This document shows, one piece after another, positions 60,090 to 64,000 of a stretch of DNA of 64,000 nucleotides; within the stretch, counting starts at the first letter, position 1, and each line of letters begins with the position of its first letter. A program made the position numbers and the translations under genes. Below the pieces are notes generated by a model. It was not told the DNA's origin. It saw nothing but the letters and a program-made list of their open reading frames with translations, and did not search any database. This stretch comes from Clostridiaceae bacterium (lineage in GTDB: Bacteria; Bacillota; Clostridia; Acetivibrionales; DTU013), in contig JBDKVA010000207.1 of the NCBI GenBank assembly GCA_039679375.1, forward strand, positions 23,333 to 87,332, written 5' to 3'.

Positions 60090-61151
60090 ATGGATGTACG
60101 GTTTCCGGGTCTGTTGGGTCTTGAATTTGAACTGAGAAGATGGGCTTTTCAAGTTTTTGGCATTAAAATTTACTGGTATGGGATCATCATTGCGCTGGCC
60201 TTTCTGATTGCAGTCCTGCTGGCTGTAAAAAGCAGTAAAAAGTACGATATCGTACCGGACAATATACTGGATCTGGTTCTGTTTGCAGCGCCGGCGGCTA
60301 TTATATGCGCCAGGCTGTTCTATGTAATATTCAGCTGGGACCAGTTCAGGGATAACCCGGTTGAAATATTCATGACAAGAAATGGCGGGCTTGCCATTTA
60401 CGGAGGGATCATCGGCGCAGTATTGGTAGCCTGGCTGTATGCAAGGAAAAAGAAGATCCCATTTATGCATCTTATTGATTTTGCAATTCCTTACCTTGCT
60501 CTTGGTCAGGGTATCGGCCGATGGGGCAATTTTGTAAACCAGGAAGCCTTCGGTACGATGACGGCCCTTCCCTGGCGTATGAACGGTACGGTTTTCAATG
60601 ATTACCTGATTGGTGAACAGCCTGGTATTGACCTGGCAAAGTGGGGTGTACATCCTACATTCCTGTATGAGTCTCTTTTGGACATAGCCATTTTTGCTTT
60701 TCTGGCAGTCTACCGGAAGAAAAAGAAGTTTGAAGGAGAGGTGCTTTACCTTTACTTTATTTTATACGGCGTCGGCCGGTTCTTTATTGAAGGACTCAGG
60801 ACCGACAGCCTGATGATGGGGAACATCAGAGTGTCACAACTTCTGTCAGCTTTGCTGGTACTGGTGTTCAGTGCGCTATATATAAGCAGCCGTGCCAAAA
60901 AGGCCAGGGAATCGGACGAAGAAACGGTTGTTTCCGGCCAGAGCGAGTATGGTTCTCTTCTGTTGAAGATGAAGGAAGAGGAACAGACGGAAGAATCATT
61001 GGATTCGGCAGATATCGATAATAAGCCGGAAAAAGAAGCTGAGGAGCCGGAACAATTAACAGATGCGGATACGGCAGGCAAAGATACCGGAGCAAAACCG
61101 GGAGAGACGGCAGAGGATAAGGCTGACGAGAATAATAAAGAGGAGAATTAA
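60090..61151 (+). CDS. lgt: Prolipoprotein diacylglyceryl transferase with acidic C-terminal tail
   Basis: WYG, GGLAIYGG, GRWGNFVNQEAFG, HPTFLYES and RFFIEGLR. Confidence 0.96.
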   Translation: MDVRFPGLLGLEFELRRWAFQVFGIKIYWYGIIIALAFLIAVLLAVKSSKKYDIVPDNILDLVLFAAPAAIICARLFYVIFSWDQFRDNPVEIFMTRNGGLAIYGGIIGAVLVAWLYARKKKIPFMHLIDFAIPYLALGQGIGRWGNFVNQEAFGTMTALPWRMNGTVFNDYLIGEQPGIDLAKWGVHPTFLYESLLDIAIFAFLAVYRKKKKFEGEVLYLYFILYGVGRFFIEGLRTDSLMMGNIRVSQLLSALLVLVFSALYISSRAKKARESDEETVVSGQSEYGSLLLKMKEEEQTEESLDSADIDNKPEKEAEEPEQLTDADTAGKDTGAKPGETAEDKADENNKEEN

Positions 61152-61152
61152 A

Positions 61153-61311
61153 GTGCAGCTCGAAGAGTTAAAGGCGAAGATAGAATTCCTTCAGGATGAG
61201 CTGGGCAAGCTCATTATTTCGGAAGCGGATTCAAAAGAGATATATAAAGTAAGCGTAGAACTGGACAAGCTTATCGTAGCCTATTACAAGAACAGCAAGA
61301 AAAACCAGTAA
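61153..61311 (+). CDS. Spo0E-family aspartyl-phosphate phosphatase (52 aa)
   Basis: GTG after AGGAGA. IEFLQDEL...IYKVSVELDKLIVAYY matches the SQELD signature. Confidence 0.75.
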   Translation: MQLEELKAKIEFLQDELGKLIISEADSKEIYKVSVELDKLIVAYYKNSKKNQ

Positions 61312-61355
61312 TATTGAATTTACTGGATAAAAGCATAACAGCCAGGGTGGATAGG

Positions 61356-62516
61356 ATGTATTTTGTTGAGAAAACGAAGAGTATAAATTATATAAAGCAA
61401 TTTGACTATCTGCTTTTTGCGGCTGTATTGCTGCTGTCGATCATTGGTATAGCAATTTTGAAAAGTGCCATTGGTGAACCGGGCTTAAGCAAAACACTGC
61501 TCAAACAGATCCTGTGCCTTGTCATAGGATTGGTGGCAGCAATCACGATCAGTGCGGTCGACTACAAGGATTTTAAGACGATCGGGTTTGTTTTCTATGT
61601 TGCCAGTATCCTTCTCTTGATATTAGTCCTTGTTAAAGGCGATGAGAAAAATGGCAGTTTGAGTTGGCTTACGGTCCCTATTATTGGTACTTTCCAGCCC
61701 TCCGAATTTGCAAAGGCGGCCTTCACAGTGGTTATGCCTGTGTTTTTCGAACGCTTGAAGGAAGGCCAGCAAACGGCAAAAAATACCGTCAAGCTGGTTG
61801 TATACGCTGCGATACCCATAGCGCTGGTCATACTGCAGCGGGACATCGGTACCGCAATGGTTTTTATATTTTCATTTATCGTGATGCTTTTCATTTATGG
61901 CATACCCTATCGGTATTTTTTAATCGCTCTCGGGACATTTGCCGCTTCAGCGCCTGTTTTATGGTTTTTTGTAATTCCCGAAAAATTTCCGCATATCAGA
62001 AACAGGATACTTTCATTCATCTTCCCTGAGAACGATCTGCAGAACACCGGCTGGCAGGTAAACCGTTCGAAGATGACCATAGGCTCGGGACAGATTTTCG
62101 GGAAAGGCTTGTTTCACGGTCTGCAGACCCAAAACAGCAGTTCGGCTGCAAGCAGTTATTATTTACCAGCGAAACAAACAGACTTTATATTCTCGGTAAT
62201 CGGCGAAGAACTCGGCTTCATCGGGGTAATGCTCGTCATAGCGGTTATATTTTTCATACTTTTCAGATGCATTTATATTTCCATAAATTCCAGGGATGCG
62301 TACGGAGCATTTATTGCAGTCTGTATCGCTTCCATACTTGGATTCCATTTTATTGAAAATATCGGCATGTGTGTCGGCGTGCTTCCTGTGACAGGCATAC
62401 CGCTTCCGTTTGTGAGCCGGGGAGGAACTGCCCTTATAGCAAACTACCTGAATGTCGGGATACTGCTCAGCGTATCAATGCGGCGCAGGAAAACCATATT
62501 CAACAGCTCCCAGTAG
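61356..62516 (+). CDS. rodA: SEDS protein RodA (FtsW/RodA/SpoVE family)
   Basis: FQPSEFAK, QRDIGT, TDFIFSVIGEELG and PVTGIPLPFVS. Confidence 0.88.
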   Translation: MYFVEKTKSINYIKQFDYLLFAAVLLLSIIGIAILKSAIGEPGLSKTLLKQILCLVIGLVAAITISAVDYKDFKTIGFVFYVASILLLILVLVKGDEKNGSLSWLTVPIIGTFQPSEFAKAAFTVVMPVFFERLKEGQQTAKNTVKLVVYAAIPIALVILQRDIGTAMVFIFSFIVMLFIYGIPYRYFLIALGTFAASAPVLWFFVIPEKFPHIRNRILSFIFPENDLQNTGWQVNRSKMTIGSGQIFGKGLFHGLQTQNSSSAASSYYLPAKQTDFIFSVIGEELGFIGVMLVIAVIFFILFRCIYISINSRDAYGAFIAVCIASILGFHFIENIGMCVGVLPVTGIPLPFVSRGGTALIANYLNVGILLSVSMRRRKTIFNSSQ

Positions 62517-62546
62517 GATAGCACAATAGGATAATTAATTTGCGCG

Positions 62547-62602
62547 AAAGGCTGCCATTTTGATTTTTGAACGAAAGTCAAAATCAAATGGCAGCTTTTT
62601 TT
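62547..62602 (+). terminator. Terminator after rodA
   Basis: GCTGCCATTTTGATTTTTGA-loop-TCAAAATCAAATGGCAGC followed by a T-tract. Confidence 0.8.
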
Positions 62603-62723
62603 ATGGAGCTCAATGCTTCCTCGTTTTGTTTTATCCGCATCGTAGGACCTTTTACCTATCTTTAAAAAAAAATCCCATTAATAGCTTGATTATTATTGGA
62701 AAATGTTTTAAAATAGTAGACAA

Positions 62724-62748
62724 GTGGTGCAAAGTGGGTGGAAGTGGT
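62724..62748 (+). promoter_or_regulatory. MraZ binding repeats (dcw promoter)
   Basis: GTGG at 62724, 62734 and 62744, with 10-bp periodicity upstream of mraZ. Confidence 0.85.
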
Positions 62749-62775
62749 TGAGCTTTAGTTAAAGAGGTGAAATTG

Positions 62776-63207
62776 TTGTTCTATGGTGAATTTCAACACA
62801 CGATAGATCCAAAGGGCAGGGTTATCATTCCCTCTGGGTTCAGAAAAGAACTCGGTGTGAAATTCATGATCACAAAAGGTCTTGAGGGGTGTCTTTTCAT
62901 TTTCTCTGAGGCCCAATGGAACAGCCTTGTCAGCAAACTCGAGACACTGCCGCTTTCAAACAGCAACGCGCGGGCATTCAACAGATTTTTCTTTTCCACT
63001 GCTTCGGAATGTGAAATGGACGGCAATTATCGCATTCTTGTACCGCAAGCCCTCAGAGCCCATGCCGGACTTGAAAAGGATATCAGTATCATCGGGGTAG
63101 GGACAAGGGTTGAAGTATGGAGTAAGGACAGGTGGGAAAACTACACCCAGGATGATAGCCTGAAGCCTGACAGTATAGCCGAAACGATGGCTATGCTGGG
63201 TATATGA
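62776..63207 (+). CDS. mraZ: Division/cell wall cluster repressor MraZ
   Basis: FYGEFQHTIDPKGRVIIP and GVGTRVEVW. TTG start after GAGGTG. Confidence 0.96.
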   Translation: MFYGEFQHTIDPKGRVIIPSGFRKELGVKFMITKGLEGCLFIFSEAQWNSLVSKLETLPLSNSNARAFNRFFFSTASECEMDGNYRILVPQALRAHAGLEKDISIIGVGTRVEVWSKDRWENYTQDDSLKPDSIAETMAMLGI

Positions 63208-63248
63208 TACCAGGCGGCTGATTTTTTGACAGTCTTGGGAGGAAAAGG

Positions 63249-64000
63249 ATGGATTTCAATCATAGGCCGGTTTTGCTGGATGAGTGCATCAACAGCTTGA
63301 ATATCAGAAACGATGGAGTCTACCTCGACGGAACACTGGGAGGCGCAGGCCATTCCCTTGAGATACTGAAGAAATTGGACAAGGGTACACTCATTGGGAT
63401 AGATCAGGATGAAACGGCTCTTGAGGTGTCGTCCGAAAGACTCCGGCAGGCAAATACCCCTGCGAGGCTGATACTGTTAAAAGGCAACTTCAGGAATATG
63501 TCCAGGCTTCTAAAGCAGCAAAACATCCATGGCGTAGACGGAATCCTTCTTGACATAGGCACATCATCCCACCAACTGGACGAAGCAGAACGAGGTTTCA
63601 GTTACCAGCAGGACGCGCCGCTGGATATGCGGATGGACAGGGAACAGGAACTGGATGCGTCGATGATCGTGAATACATATGATGAAAAGGCAATCAGAGA
63701 CATCATCAGGGGATATGGAGAAGAGAACTGGGCAGGAAGGATCGCCTCCTTTATTATAAAGGCCAGGAACGAAAGCAGGATCGAAACAACAGGACAGCTT
63801 GTGGACATCATCAAGGCGGCCATACCGGCGAACGCAAGACGGGAAGGCCCACATCCCGCAAAAAGAACGTTTCAGGCGCTGAGGATCGCTGTTAACGATG
63901 AACTCGAAGCATTGAAGGAGGCACTGAATGATGCCGTTGAGATGCTAAACCCGGAAGGAAGGCTAAGTGTTATTACGTTCCATTCGCTGGAGGACCGGAT
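63249..64000 (+). CDS. rsmH: 16S rRNA m4C1402 methyltransferase (3'-truncated by window edge)
   Basis: Translated by hand: MDFNHRPVLLDE...DGTLGGAGHS...PLDMRMD...HPAKRTFQALRIAVNDEL...ITFHSLEDR. Confidence 0.97.
   Translation, partial: MDFNHRPVLLDECINSLNIRNDGVYLDGTLGGAGHSLEILKKLDKGTLIGIDQDETALEVSSERLRQANTPARLILLKGNFRNMSRLLKQQNIHGVDGILLDIGTSSHQLDEAERGFSYQQDAPLDMRMDREQELDASMIVNTYDEKAIRDIIRGYGEENWAGRIASFIIKARNESRIETTGQLVDIIKAAIPANARREGPHPAKRTFQALRIAVNDELEALKEALNDAVEMLNPEGRLSVITFHSLEDR

Noticed and set aside
236-63854. Many short overlapping or antisense ORFs in the ORF track
   Set aside because: They overlap well-supported genes and lack RBSs or recognisable motifs.

Overview
Chromosomal window from a spore-forming Clostridia member. 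Gene order and content resemble Ruminiclostridium/Acetivibrio relatives (inference). Bases 1-14.5 kb hold a carbohydrate-utilisation locus: two CUT1 ABC importers, a third orphan solute-binding lipoprotein, a GH94 laminaribiose-phosphorylase-like enzyme, a cupin and a YesM/YesN-type two-component system. Bases 14.6-20 kb carry three tandem, overlapping paralogous TPR-GGDEF diguanylate cyclases followed by a CBM9-like protein, converging on an uninterrupted sigK. Bases 21-44.4 kb are the conserved rpsB-tsf-pyrH-frr-uppS-cdsA-dxr-rseP-ispG-polC-rimP-nusA-infB-rbfA-truB-ribF core, with a few insertions and structured intergenic regions. The rest holds a YknWXYZ-like exporter, a mixed accessory block (lactonase, decarboxylase, EamA, VanW, MFS, membrane GGDEF, GH130 phosphorylase, an unannotated 57-aa membrane protein), then ymfF/ymfH-lgt-spo0E-like-rodA-mraZ-rsmH. 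I found no rRNA, tRNA, CRISPR array, transposase or prophage. The best candidate for an undescribed system is the TPR-GGDEF triad with its CBM9-like neighbour. All calls come from reading motifs by eye; no searches were run.
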